DNA of 64,000 nucleotides, from assembly GCA_963668205.2 (NCBI GenBank), contig CAXXRZ010000005.1, positions 27,106-91,105 on the forward strand, given 5' to 3'. Position numbers and translations under genes: made by a program. The notes under the pieces are model-generated. The model did no database searches. It had not been told where the DNA came from and was given only the letters and a program-made list of their open reading frames with translations. The DNA is from an uncultured Draconibacterium sp. Its GTDB lineage: Bacteria; Bacteroidota; Bacteroidia; Bacteroidales; Prolixibacteraceae. Position 1 is the first letter of the stretch. Each line of letters starts with the position of its first letter. Below, one piece after another: positions 7,592-16,839 of the stretch.

Positions 7592-8620
7592 TCAATTCTC
7601 CCTTGTCCCATAAAAATTTGCGGCATTCAAATTATCGACAAAAGAAACATCGTACCTGTCGCCCAACTTTTCTACCAAGTCCTTATATCCTTCCTTTCCT
7701 ATCCATTTGCCTTTGCTTGTATAAGGTGCGACTATCCACTCATCTGGTTTCGAGATGATCGGGATTTTTCGATATTTTATCGTGTCCGACAAAATTTCCC
7801 CGGTAGGGTAATCTATACATGCTTCTTCGTAATAATTGTATTCTTTTGTTAGGCGGATGACCAAAAAATCATCTATTTCATCTGGCATGTTATTTCCATT
7901 CTGCAACCCGGAAGCCATTTCTGCAACCCGCCCCGACAATTCTGTCATAAGCTTTTTCAAGGCATAATTTGCCGTCAGGGAATAATTGTTCACCAAATCT
8001 TTCGTCCGTATACCACTGAATGCAGTATGTTCAAGCGATGTGCCATCTAAAAAAGGGCTGAACAGGAACGAGCTGTTTACCAAACAACTGTCAATTATTT
8101 CATTGTTCTTCAATAGCTTGATTTTCATGGACACAAAACCATCAGGGAAAAAAGTATAGAAAAAACCCGCTCCTGTCAGGAACATATTTTTCTCGTAGTG
8201 ATGGCCATAATAATGCAAGAGTTCAATTTCCACATCTAAGGTTGCCGATTCTGTTTTATTGCTTTGTTGCGTACCGTTCAATACCCTTGATGTCAGTTCT
8301 TGGAGATTGGGCAATAGGTTGTCGTCAAAAAATTTTTCTTTGCAATACTCATTTTTAGCACAACCGAACTGAAAATATATCAACAATGGGATGAACACTG
8401 AATAACTCTTTTCTGTCCCGCCTTTTTCAATTTCCGGCCTTTTGTCGATTATTGGCAACACGTTATATTTAAAATTACCATCAGTAACAACAGGGGAATA
8501 AACGTTCGGGTAAGCATCGCTGTTGATGTCCCTAACAATAGGTTTCGATGACATGCAAGCTGTCTGGAACAAACTTGCAAAGACTATTATATAGCAAATA
8601 AATTTATATGCGATCTTCAT
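7592..8620 (-). CDS. Hypothetical lipoprotein (342 aa)
   Basis: It has a signal peptide with lipobox FQTAC. I recognise no family. Confidence 0.6.
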   Translation of the reverse strand: MKIAYKFICYIIVFASLFQTACMSSKPIVRDINSDAYPNVYSPVVTDGNFKYNVLPIIDKRPEIEKGGTEKSYSVFIPLLIYFQFGCAKNEYCKEKFFDDNLLPNLQELTSRVLNGTQQSNKTESATLDVEIELLHYYGHHYEKNMFLTGAGFFYTFFPDGFVSMKIKLLKNNEIIDSCLVNSSFLFSPFLDGTSLEHTAFSGIRTKDLVNNYSLTANYALKKLMTELSGRVAEMASGLQNGNNMPDEIDDFLVIRLTKEYNYYEEACIDYPTGEILSDTIKYRKIPIISKPDEWIVAPYTSKGKWIGKEGYKDLVEKLGDRYDVSFVDNLNAANFYGTREN

Positions 8621-8639
8621 TTCTCTATCTGTTTTGTGT

Positions 8640-9254
8640 TTATATTTGGCTGGCTATCTCTCTGAAATTCAAAGCAAATTGTTGGGCAAGGACAAGAAAA
8701 ACATCCTCGTTGCCCCTTACCTTTGCTTCAACTTCAATTTTGTCGGAAATATTTTTGTTATTGTCCGAATAATTGAAATTTATAACAGCCCTGCTAAGTA
8801 TAAATTCCTCCTTGTCCTTTTTAACCCTGTAGGTATGGAACTCAAAATCTTGGAAAAAGAGTTCAATGCTGGCAACGCCTTCCGTGCCGGGCATAAACAC
8901 CGGGTGGTTGGTGTACTGGCGATAAACAGTCGCACTGCCGTCCTTGAAAACATCTGCAATTTTGTTGAACAACAAATACCCCGGCTGTGGGACATTATAT
9001 GTTTGTTCCACTTTGTTGACGATCCTTTCCCTTGTTTTGTCGACATTGCACCCATGAGGGGTCAATATGGCATCGCCCGCATATTTAATGTTAAAAGCCA
9101 TATTGTTGAAATTGCAAGTTTTGTTGTCAGTAGCAACTTCCAGATCAATCAACTCGCCAAGGGAATGCTTGCTGGTCACCATAGGAGTGCTACAGCTTGT
9201 TAGCCCTAGGGCAAAAAACAATGCATATAAAAAGATATTCTTATTCTTTTCCAT
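8640..9254 (-). CDS. Hypothetical lipoprotein
   Basis: The likely start is MEKNKNIFLYALFFALGLTSC (ATG 9254), giving a normal-length lipoprotein signal. It overlaps the upstream gene's stop by 14 nt (AATGGAAAAGAATAA). Confidence 0.55.
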   Translation of the reverse strand: MEKNKNIFLYALFFALGLTSCSTPMVTSKHSLGELIDLEVATDNKTCNFNNMAFNIKYAGDAILTPHGCNVDKTRERIVNKVEQTYNVPQPGYLLFNKIADVFKDGSATVYRQYTNHPVFMPGTEGVASIELFFQDFEFHTYRVKKDKEEFILSRAVINFNYSDNNKNISDKIEVEAKVRGNEDVFLVLAQQFALNFREIASQI

Positions 9255-9555
9255 TTTTAACGATAGTATTGAATTCATTTATGTTTTTACCTGTTCCCAA
9301 TACCGGTTTTTCTTCCGAGTTCAGGGACTCACCTTCCAGAATGCCTTTCATTGAGGAAGTGTAGTGTGTTGTTTGTACCGTTGAATATGAATTGGAAGAA
9401 GTGGTGGACACACCCGTGAACTTATGATAACCCTGCCTGTACACCACCCAATCTTCACCTTGGGGAGCCTCCACCAAAGGGGGGAGAGAAACACAGGAAC
9501 ATAAAAATACGGCAACTGCACATGCCGGAAGGGATTTTAACTTTTTCTTTCTCAT
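9241..9555 (-). CDS. Hypothetical small lipoprotein (104 aa)
   Basis: The signal peptide has a Cys-containing lipobox, AVFLCSC. Confidence 0.5.
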   Translation of the reverse strand: MRKKKLKSLPACAVAVFLCSCVSLPPLVEAPQGEDWVVYRQGYHKFTGVSTTSSNSYSTVQTTHYTSSMKGILEGESLNSEEKPVLGTGKNINEFNTIVKNGKE

Positions 9556-9576
9556 TTTGCTGTGGTTTATTTATTT

Positions 9577-9930
9577 TTATTCTATCTCAACAGTATCCTT
9601 AAAGGCACTGTCGCAATAACTGATTGTACAGGGTTTTTCTATCGGATCAGATGTCCACAATACAGAACTGTCGCGGTAAAGGACGAGTTCCGAACCAATT
9701 TTTACTTTTTGCGACTGGAGCAGGTAGTTCATAATGGTGATATACTGTTCGGTGCCGTCAAAAGCGTTGCCGCTACCGTCAACCCCTGACACATAGTAGT
9801 CGTGACCGATGTTCCACAAAAGATCGTTGACAAGTATAAAACTGACTTCGACAGAAGCGTCCATGCCGTCATCTTTGCTGCATGAAAAAAGCAACAAACA
9901 CACAAAACAGCTCAATAATATTTTTTTCAT
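9577..9930 (-). CDS. Hypothetical small lipoprotein (117 aa), probably surface-exposed
   Basis: The lipobox LLFSC is followed by SKDDG, which matches the Bacteroidota lipoprotein export signal pattern. Confidence 0.55.
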   Translation of the reverse strand: MKKILLSCFVCLLLFSCSKDDGMDASVEVSFILVNDLLWNIGHDYYVSGVDGSGNAFDGTEQYITIMNYLLQSQKVKIGSELVLYRDSSVLWTSDPIEKPCTISYCDSAFKDTVEIE

Positions 9931-9960
9931 GACAAATTTGGATTAAAGTTCAAAAACCGA

Positions 9961-11949
9961 TTACCGTTTAATAATTTTCTGGATATTGTTTTCAATCCCA
10001 TCCCCATAAAGCCTGACAAAATAAAGCCCGGGAGCTAGCCCCTTCACGTCAATGCCGCCTTCAATTTCTTTTGGATAACAAACAACCTGCCCAAACTGGT
10101 TTATTATTTCCACTTGGTTTATTTCGCAAGGATTTTCAAAATACAGGTAATCTTGGCATGGGTTGGGGTAAAACAATGAGGGAGAGGCTGTTTTTATTGT
10201 TGAAACACTACTTGCTGTTTGATTTTCGAAAGCTCCCATGTCCAGCCCCCCAAGAATACGGGGGTTCCCTGCAAAATCGGCAGTTATGCCTTCGGGCAAA
10301 TACGATTTGTTGGCTATGCCTATCAATGGCGAGGCCAGCAACAGGCTCCAATCGGCATTTTCAATTTCCTGCCCTTCTTCATCGTTTTCAGGAACGCCTA
10401 CAAACGATGTTGGCTGGACAAAATTAGGCCCATCGGCATCAGTGTTGTTGTCGGCAAGGTTGAAGTTGCCGTCAGTTTCGGGAATGCCTTGCATGGCACA
10501 GTATTGTATAGAATATGAACTTGCCGATTTCAAGTTCTCTTCTTTTACGCCATCAACAAATTTGCGAACAGTGGCACTTTTATTTTCAACGACTTCCCAC
10601 ATAACCGTGTTTTGAAGTTTAATATCGCCATTGTCGTAATAAAGGACAGAACCGCTTGGGGCTTCGTTGTTTACAATATGGTTATTGACCAGATCAACGT
10701 CCAACAATGCGCTCGATTTGTTTTCATAAAGGCATACAGCACCTCCGCCAACATTGGCAGTATTGTTTGCAAACACATTGTTGTAAATGCCCACATCCAG
10801 CTTGCCGTCACTTTTATAATCGTCAAAAGCAAAGAGGTAACAGCCACCGCCGCCGTTTGCAGCTTCGTTGCCTAAAAAACTATTCCCTTCAAGGAACAAA
10901 GTGCTTTGCTCGTAACCTACACCTGCCATGGACAAAGCTGCCCCGCAGTAACCAGATTCGTTAAAGGCAAAAACATTTCCCCGGACAACGGCATTGATTT
11001 CGCGCTGCATAATGGTAGTAACATGCGTAAACGAAGGATAATCAGAATAAGAATGGAACATTATCCGCCCACCGATATGCACGGCTCCCCCATAAAATTT
11101 CGCATAATTGTTTTTAAAAACGTTATTTTTTATTGATGGCTGGCTGATATAATTTTCGCTATTGTCGGTTGAATAAATAGCCCCTCCCATCAAAGCATAA
11201 TTGTTTACAAATTCATTGTCCTCTATTACAAAATATTGTTCTGCCTCATATTCTTCCCCGTGCCAAACAAAAACAGCCCCACCGTAGGAAGCCATGTTGT
11301 TGCGAAAACAACAATTCCGCACTACCGGACCGTGTTTCCGCTCTTCGTCAACACTGTCGTAATCAACTTGGCTACGGACAAACAATCCCCCTCCCCTGTT
11401 GTAATAACAAGTACTGAGATCTGAATTTCCGTTATAAGCCTCGCCCCCTGTAACAACAAACCCGTCAAGCACAGAACTGTCATCGACCCCGCTTGCAACA
11501 ATCACGTGGGTGGTATTGTCTTCCCGTGTTTGCGCAGGTTCGTATTGGTCGAAAGTATCGCTGTCGTCGCCGTTAAAATCGCCGCTCAATATTGTTTCGT
11601 ATGTTTTCGGATCCCTCAACTCCATATCGGTAACGCCATCCGCCGGGGCAAACCCGCCATACAGGGCAACACCGGTCTTTAACTCAAATGATTTGTCGCC
11701 GGTTATGCACCTATACAAAGTGCCCGTTGTTTTTTGGGGCAAATATGTGCCTGCCGCCACCCAAACTTCTCCCCCCGAACTTTCGAGCGCATCAATGGCA
11801 TCCTGCAATTGGGTTCCGGGCATGGCATTGTCCCAAGAACCGCCTGAGTTGTCGCCAGCACCGCTTTCTGTCACAAACAAAATTTCTTGTGAGGATAAGT
11901 TTAAACTTAAAAACATCCCTATAAAAAGTAGTTGTAAAATTTTTTTCAT
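9961..11949 (-). CDS. T9SS-secreted right-handed beta-helix repeat protein
   Basis: It has an N-terminal signal peptide and repeated GGA(V/I)/NN(x)F beta-helix turns (NNMASYGGAVFV, NNYALMGGAIYS, NNYAKFYGGAVHI, NNTANVGGGAVCL). The C-terminal roughly 80 aa, ending GLYFVRLYGDGIENNIQKIIKR, are typical of a type A T9SS sorting domain. Confidence 0.8.
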   Translation of the reverse strand: MKKILQLLFIGMFLSLNLSSQEILFVTESGAGDNSGGSWDNAMPGTQLQDAIDALESSGGEVWVAAGTYLPQKTTGTLYRCITGDKSFELKTGVALYGGFAPADGVTDMELRDPKTYETILSGDFNGDDSDTFDQYEPAQTREDNTTHVIVASGVDDSSVLDGFVVTGGEAYNGNSDLSTCYYNRGGGLFVRSQVDYDSVDEERKHGPVVRNCCFRNNMASYGGAVFVWHGEEYEAEQYFVIEDNEFVNNYALMGGAIYSTDNSENYISQPSIKNNVFKNNYAKFYGGAVHIGGRIMFHSYSDYPSFTHVTTIMQREINAVVRGNVFAFNESGYCGAALSMAGVGYEQSTLFLEGNSFLGNEAANGGGGCYLFAFDDYKSDGKLDVGIYNNVFANNTANVGGGAVCLYENKSSALLDVDLVNNHIVNNEAPSGSVLYYDNGDIKLQNTVMWEVVENKSATVRKFVDGVKEENLKSASSYSIQYCAMQGIPETDGNFNLADNNTDADGPNFVQPTSFVGVPENDEEGQEIENADWSLLLASPLIGIANKSYLPEGITADFAGNPRILGGLDMGAFENQTASSVSTIKTASPSLFYPNPCQDYLYFENPCEINQVEIINQFGQVVCYPKEIEGGIDVKGLAPGLYFVRLYGDGIENNIQKIIKR

Positions 11950-12061
11950 GATTTTTGATTTATTATTTTATCCGATACTTACCTAGAGAGCAAAACCAAT
12001 TTTTATGTGTCAAGCAAAAAACGGCAAGCCATCGGGACAAAAACAGATAGGACGGTAATTA

Positions 12062-12652
12062 TTAAAAAATCCGGAAAAGCACACCTACTGAAACAAGAAC
12101 CTGATCCCAGTCGTCTGCAATGTATGAATAGCCACAATCGGCATACGCACCAACACTCCCTGAAAAATTAAAATTTATGCCAAGCCCTGCAATTGCCCCT
12201 GTTTTAAACTGGTTGCCATCGCTGGTGAAATCGGCATACGAGCCGGAGTAACTTATGTCCTCTGAATAGATCAGGAAGCTTGGCCCAACAAACACGTAGC
12301 TTTCCACCTTCTGCGACTTCACAAAAGAATACCTGGCTTCCACATTTATATAATGCATTGCAGGATCGACCTCAACAGCAGAAGAATAGGACGAATAACT
12401 AAAATCATAATTAAATTTGGGGACGGGGAAATAAATATAGGAAGGAGAGAGGGAGAAACGGATATTGTCGCTATAGATCAATGCCCTTATATTGGCTCCG
12501 GCACCCCATTTTTCTTCCCAACCGTCATCGGTACTTGCCCAGTCGCCCAGGCCAAGCCCGCCACCTATTTTCAAATGAGGTCTTGTTTCTTGCGAATAGG
12601 CACTAAACGTCACAATGCTTAAAAGAAATAAAAACACGAGCTGTTTTTTCAT
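12062..12652 (-). CDS. Outer-membrane beta-barrel (porin-family) protein
   Basis: It has a signal peptide, alternating aromatic/Gly beta-strand patterns and a C-terminal aromatic residue (FRIF). Confidence 0.65.
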   Translation of the reverse strand: MKKQLVFLFLLSIVTFSAYSQETRPHLKIGGGLGLGDWASTDDGWEEKWGAGANIRALIYSDNIRFSLSPSYIYFPVPKFNYDFSYSSYSSAVEVDPAMHYINVEARYSFVKSQKVESYVFVGPSFLIYSEDISYSGSYADFTSDGNQFKTGAIAGLGINFNFSGSVGAYADCGYSYIADDWDQVLVSVGVLFRIF

Positions 12653-12972
12653 GATTTTTGATTTTTAGAGTTCTCCCCAAAAATATATTGCCCGTATGTT
12701 ATCGGACAGGGATTTTGCCCCCTGCTTGTCACAAATCAAGGATTTTTTACAACATTATCCGGGGAACTAAAATAAAAGGTAGAGCCCCAACTGTTCTGAT
12801 CCCCCCCACCCTACCAGATATGCATAAGGTATTTTGTTTCTCAAGCCGCATAGCGGTGATGTTTTTAACATCGTCTCGATGGGACTTTTTTACAAGGAAT
12901 TACTACAATTCTACCATCACCATCCCTGCCGGGATTAAAAATTTGTATTAATTAAATGCCTAATCCAAAAAA

Positions 12973-15075
12973 TTAATTTACCGACAATGCCTCAATATCC
13001 ACGCCCTGCTCTCTTTCAATTGATTTAATGTAAAAAGAAGGCGTTACCCCTGTGTATTTTTTAAATGCACTGATAAAAGTCGCCCGGTTGTTGAAACCTG
13101 TCATCTGGGCAATCCCTTCGATTGTGTTTTCGCGGTATTTTCCTTTGTGGAACAATTTACAAGCTTCCTGCACCCTGAGGTCGTTGACAAAATGGTTGAA
13201 ATTTTTTCCGTATTCGTTGTTTATGATTTGGGAAATGTAGCTGCTGTTTGTTTCGAGGTCTTTCGACACATCGCTTACTTTTAAATTGGGCGACAGGTAT
13301 TTTTTCTCGTCTTCCAGATAATACTTGATTTTGATGAGCAATTTTCCTTTGTCGCTGCTAAGTTTGATTTTTTGCTGCTTGCCGCTTTTTTTGTCTTTCT
13401 TTGTCAAACGGCTATAGGCCCGCACCAGCTCTTTGTTCTTTTCAACAAGCATTTTATATGCCGAGTCCCTTTTGCGGTAAAGTACAAATATTGCGGTAAG
13501 CGACAACAGCAACAAAAAGGAAAAAACAAGGAGGATATTACGTGCCCGCTTTTGGTATTCCACTTCGCTGCTCAACCTAACTTGCTCTTTTTCTGCCAAT
13601 AATTTTTGTTCTGCCATTTTTTCCCCATGCTCCGTTTTCAACTGAAAAGCAGTTACATGCCGCACATTTTCAATGTTGACCAAACTGTCTTTTAAACGAT
13701 GGTACTCACCTAAAAAACGGGCAAACTGTTTGTAATCCGTCCTCTTTTCAAAAAAACCTGTCAAGAAAAACGCACATTCCTTTTGAAGCAACACGTTGCC
13801 ATCTTCCATCCCCTTTGCTTTTGCCTTTAGCGCAAGTTTTGCCACATTGCTGTTTTTGTTTTGCGCATGTAAGGTTTTTGCCTGCATCAACAAAGCTTTC
13901 CCCTCGCCGCCAACAAGCCCGATTTGTTCATAAAAACCATAAGCCGTTTCAAAATAACCATAACTTTTTCTGAAATTGCCCTGCTTAAAATTCAGCATCC
14001 CCGTGTAAAAACTTGCAATGCCCATGTTTTCAGGCGTATCCATTTTAACGGCAATTTGCATTGCTTCGCCCAAGAGGGAATCGGCCCGGAAAAAATTTTG
14101 ACCGTCAATCTCCAAGCTTGCCAAGTTTATTGTGGCATCGAATATCTTTTCTGCATATTCTATCTCTTTGAACAAGGAAATGGCTTCCCCTAAATTTTTG
14201 CGTGCATTTTCATCTTCCTTGTTTTGGTGCTGGAGCTCTGCGATATTTATTAAACAAATCCCGACACCGCTAAGTTGCTTTTTATCCCGGTAAATCTCAA
14301 TGGCTTTTTCATAATACTCAAACGCCAAGTCATACACGGCCAATATTTTATACTCGTTTGCCATGTTCAACAAAACAGATGCTTGTTCTATAGGTTCTTC
14401 TAATTTTTGAAAGATATCGGAAGCAAGGGCATAGTAACGCATTGCATCCTGGGGCTTGCCCCTGTCAGATTCTATCAGCCCCATATTATTATAATTAAAA
14501 GCCATCCCTTCTTCTTTTCCCATGGAATCGAGGATGGCGGTAGATTTTTGGTGGCAAGCCAAAGCATTTTCGTAATCGCCTTTCAGCTTATAAACAACGG
14601 CAATGTTGTTAAAACACTCTGCAACCTGCTTGCTGTTGCCCATTCCGGCATGCAACGACAAGGCTTGCCTGTAATTATTTATGGCCGTGTCGTAATCACC
14701 CTGTATGTCGTAGATTATTGCCAGGTTGTTCAAGACCTTGGCTGTTTGTGTCGGGTCGCCTCCTTGTTTTGCGCAGCCAATAGCCCGGTTGTAAAAAATT
14801 TTGGCAGAATCAAGACGATCCGTGAAATAATAGTAAATGCCAATGTTGTTGGCAAACATCGACAAATATTTCAAATCATTAGCATCTGTATGTTGCAAGG
14901 CTTCATTTGCATAAAAATAAGCAGAGTCGGGTTTGTCGTAAATGTATTTCCAAAATAACTTGTTGTATTTATCCAAATTATTTTCTCCTGCCTCCGCCCC
15001 TGACGGGCAGATAACAGACATAACTAAAAAACAGGTTGTTGTAAAAGCAGCAAAACATCGAAACATATGGTTCAA
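12973..15075 (-). CDS. One-component regulator: periplasmic TPR repeats, one TM helix, AraC-type HTH
   Basis: It has a signal/anchor followed by many TPR units (NNLAIIYDIQGDYDTAINNYRQAL and similar). The TM segment is ILLVFSFLLLLSLTAIFVLY. The C-terminus SQIINNEYGKNFNHFVNDLRVQEACKLF...IAQMTGFNNRATFISAFKKYTGVTPSFY is an AraC HTH. Confidence 0.85.
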   Translation of the reverse strand: MNHMFRCFAAFTTTCFLVMSVICPSGAEAGENNLDKYNKLFWKYIYDKPDSAYFYANEALQHTDANDLKYLSMFANNIGIYYYFTDRLDSAKIFYNRAIGCAKQGGDPTQTAKVLNNLAIIYDIQGDYDTAINNYRQALSLHAGMGNSKQVAECFNNIAVVYKLKGDYENALACHQKSTAILDSMGKEEGMAFNYNNMGLIESDRGKPQDAMRYYALASDIFQKLEEPIEQASVLLNMANEYKILAVYDLAFEYYEKAIEIYRDKKQLSGVGICLINIAELQHQNKEDENARKNLGEAISLFKEIEYAEKIFDATINLASLEIDGQNFFRADSLLGEAMQIAVKMDTPENMGIASFYTGMLNFKQGNFRKSYGYFETAYGFYEQIGLVGGEGKALLMQAKTLHAQNKNSNVAKLALKAKAKGMEDGNVLLQKECAFFLTGFFEKRTDYKQFARFLGEYHRLKDSLVNIENVRHVTAFQLKTEHGEKMAEQKLLAEKEQVRLSSEVEYQKRARNILLVFSFLLLLSLTAIFVLYRKRDSAYKMLVEKNKELVRAYSRLTKKDKKSGKQQKIKLSSDKGKLLIKIKYYLEDEKKYLSPNLKVSDVSKDLETNSSYISQIINNEYGKNFNHFVNDLRVQEACKLFHKGKYRENTIEGIAQMTGFNNRATFISAFKKYTGVTPSFYIKSIEREQGVDIEALSVN

Positions 15076-15147
15076 AAAAAGGTTCGATGTTAAAGATATA
15101 TCTTATGTGTAGATAGCTACTGCTTTTTATGTTATTTTTTCGATATA

Positions 15148-15615
15148 TTATCTTTTGAAATCCCCGTTTCTTTCCCTGTCCCTAAACTTTCGTATCATGT
15201 ACATTTTAAAATCCTTTTCAGAGCGATAAAGCTTCAGCACCTTGGCAGGGGGCAGTATTTTAAGGAACTCCTCGTTATATTTAATATACAATCCGCCTTC
15301 TTTCCCCATGTTGCTGGAATAATCGCGGGTCAGCTGTACAATTTCTTTCTGCGACAGGTTTTTCTCCTCTGCATCGTGTATTTGCCCTTCCAGATCCCTC
15401 CGTGCCTTTTGTGCCTCCCCCCTTTTTTCCTCCAATTGGTTGTATACAGGCCAAAATTTCTGTGCTTCTGCAGGTGTCAAATCAAGTTTTTCTGTAAGGA
15501 ATGCAACTTTCTCTGCACGGTACCTCTCCCACCGGTCATCTTTCCCACGCTCCTGCGCGCTTAAAGAAACTGCAACAAACACTAGGGCTATAATTACTGG
15601 CATTATCTTCTTCAT
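15148..15615 (-). CDS. Periplasmic Spy/CpxP-like helical protein
   Basis: It has a signal peptide and a charged helical LTPEQ-type segment (LDLTPAEAQKFWPVYNQ). It sits in the common Bacteroidota sigma / anti-sigma / Spy-like trio. Confidence 0.55.
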   Translation of the reverse strand: MKKIMPVIIALVFVAVSLSAQERGKDDRWERYRAEKVAFLTEKLDLTPAEAQKFWPVYNQLEEKRGEAQKARRDLEGQIHDAEEKNLSQKEIVQLTRDYSSNMGKEGGLYIKYNEEFLKILPPAKVLKLYRSEKDFKMYMIRKFRDRERNGDFKR

Positions 15616-15622
15616 AATATTT

Positions 15623-16075
15623 TTAATATTCAGTTCCCAAACAAATTTCGTATTCCGAAATATTTGTATTGATATAATTAATTAGTTCATCATCGCTGAA
15701 CTCAACGCTGTTGGCAGGGGCATCGAGCAATGCAAAAAACGAATTCTCGTCGATGCCTTCGAGTAAAGTGATATATTGCTCATCTGTATCGTACTGATCG
15801 GTTACAACGCTGTTGCTTTTTGCAAGGTGGCTTGGCAAGAAGGACTTTATTGGCCAGTATACCAAAATAAAAATCAAGGCAAAACTGGCAGCAAGGCCAA
15901 TTGCCGGTTTCAACAACTGTACAATACGGCTTTTAGGGGCTGCAACAACCTTTTTCTCCGCTTCAAGCTTCATTTGCAGCCTTGCAGAAAAATCGTCGAA
16001 ATAATTATCGGGGACACCAAAAGGGTTCTCCTTTTTTATTTCCGACAAACTTGGTGTATTTTTCCTCATATCCAT
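15623..16075 (-). CDS. Putative membrane-anchored anti-sigma factor
   Basis: It has a single TM helix (AIGLAASFALIFILVYW) and lies immediately downstream of an ECF sigma gene. The call rests on position only. Confidence 0.45.
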   Translation of the reverse strand: MDMRKNTPSLSEIKKENPFGVPDNYFDDFSARLQMKLEAEKKVVAAPKSRIVQLLKPAIGLAASFALIFILVYWPIKSFLPSHLAKSNSVVTDQYDTDEQYITLLEGIDENSFFALLDAPANSVEFSDDELINYINTNISEYEICLGTEY

Positions 16076-16129
16076 TTAACCATTTTTTTATTTGACTATA
16101 TCCCCGAAAAAAGGTTTAATGCCAACTGT

Positions 16130-16678
16130 TTAATCTACATTTTTCAGGTATTCCTCAACTTTTTTTGAAGCATGGAAATAGGATGCTTTAAGTGCCCCTA
16201 CCGATGTGTCCAATATTTTGGACATGTCTTCGTATTTCATCTCTTCAAAATATTTCATGTTAAAAACGATCCTTTGCTTCTCTGGCAAACGGAGGATCGC
16301 CTTTTGCAATTTCATCTGTATTTCACCACCTTCAAAATACGGATCAGACTCCAGATTTTTCACCAAATACTCGCCCTCATCGGACAAGGGGACAAAACTA
16401 CGCCTTTTGTTTGAACTCAAAAAAGATATGGATTCGTTGGTGGCAATCCGGTACAACCAAGTATAAAGGCTCGATTCTTCCCTGAATTTATCAATGCCCC
16501 GCCATGCTTTTACAAAGGTGTTTTGAAGTACGTCATCGGCATCATCGTGGACCACTACAATCTTCCGGATGTGCCAGTACAACCGCTCTTGGTATTTTTT
16601 CACCAACATATGGAAAGCAAGATCTTTTTTGTTGTCCTGCTTCAGGTCGGCAATAATCCCGCGGTCGTCATAATCCAT
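16130..16678 (-). CDS. ECF-type RNA polymerase sigma-70 factor
   Basis: Region 2 reads DADDVLQNTFVKAWRGIDKFREESSLYTWLYRIATNESI, and region 4 reads LPEKQRIVFNMKYFEEMKYEDMSKILDTSVGALKASYFHA. The start is set at MDYDD (ATG 16678). The longer ORF-track start is unlikely. Confidence 0.85.
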   Translation of the reverse strand: MDYDDRGIIADLKQDNKKDLAFHMLVKKYQERLYWHIRKIVVVHDDADDVLQNTFVKAWRGIDKFREESSLYTWLYRIATNESISFLSSNKRRSFVPLSDEGEYLVKNLESDPYFEGGEIQMKLQKAILRLPEKQRIVFNMKYFEEMKYEDMSKILDTSVGALKASYFHASKKVEEYLKNVD

Positions 16679-16806
16679 AAAAATTCTTTTTTTAAAAGAC
16701 AAAAAAGTCTGTCTAAGGTTTAAAGATATACAACCTAAAAAAACTTTATTCGTTACAAATGTACAAAACAGAACTGTTTTTCTCGTTTTAGATTTGAATA
16801 AACCAT

Positions 16807-16814
16807 TACCTTTG
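16807..16814 (+). promoter_or_regulatory. Bacteroidota -7 box candidate (TACCTTTG) for ychF
   Basis: Matches TAnnTTTG, 25 nt upstream of the ATG at 16840. Confidence 0.45.
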
Positions 16815-16839
16815 CAGCGCAATTTTTTAAATTATAGGA

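Noticed and set aside
10071-11986. Multiple plus-strand ORFs of up to 158 aa
   Set aside because: They are antisense to the T9SS beta-helix gene. The open frames are explained by the repetitive codon bias of that gene, and I see no start-site context or homology.
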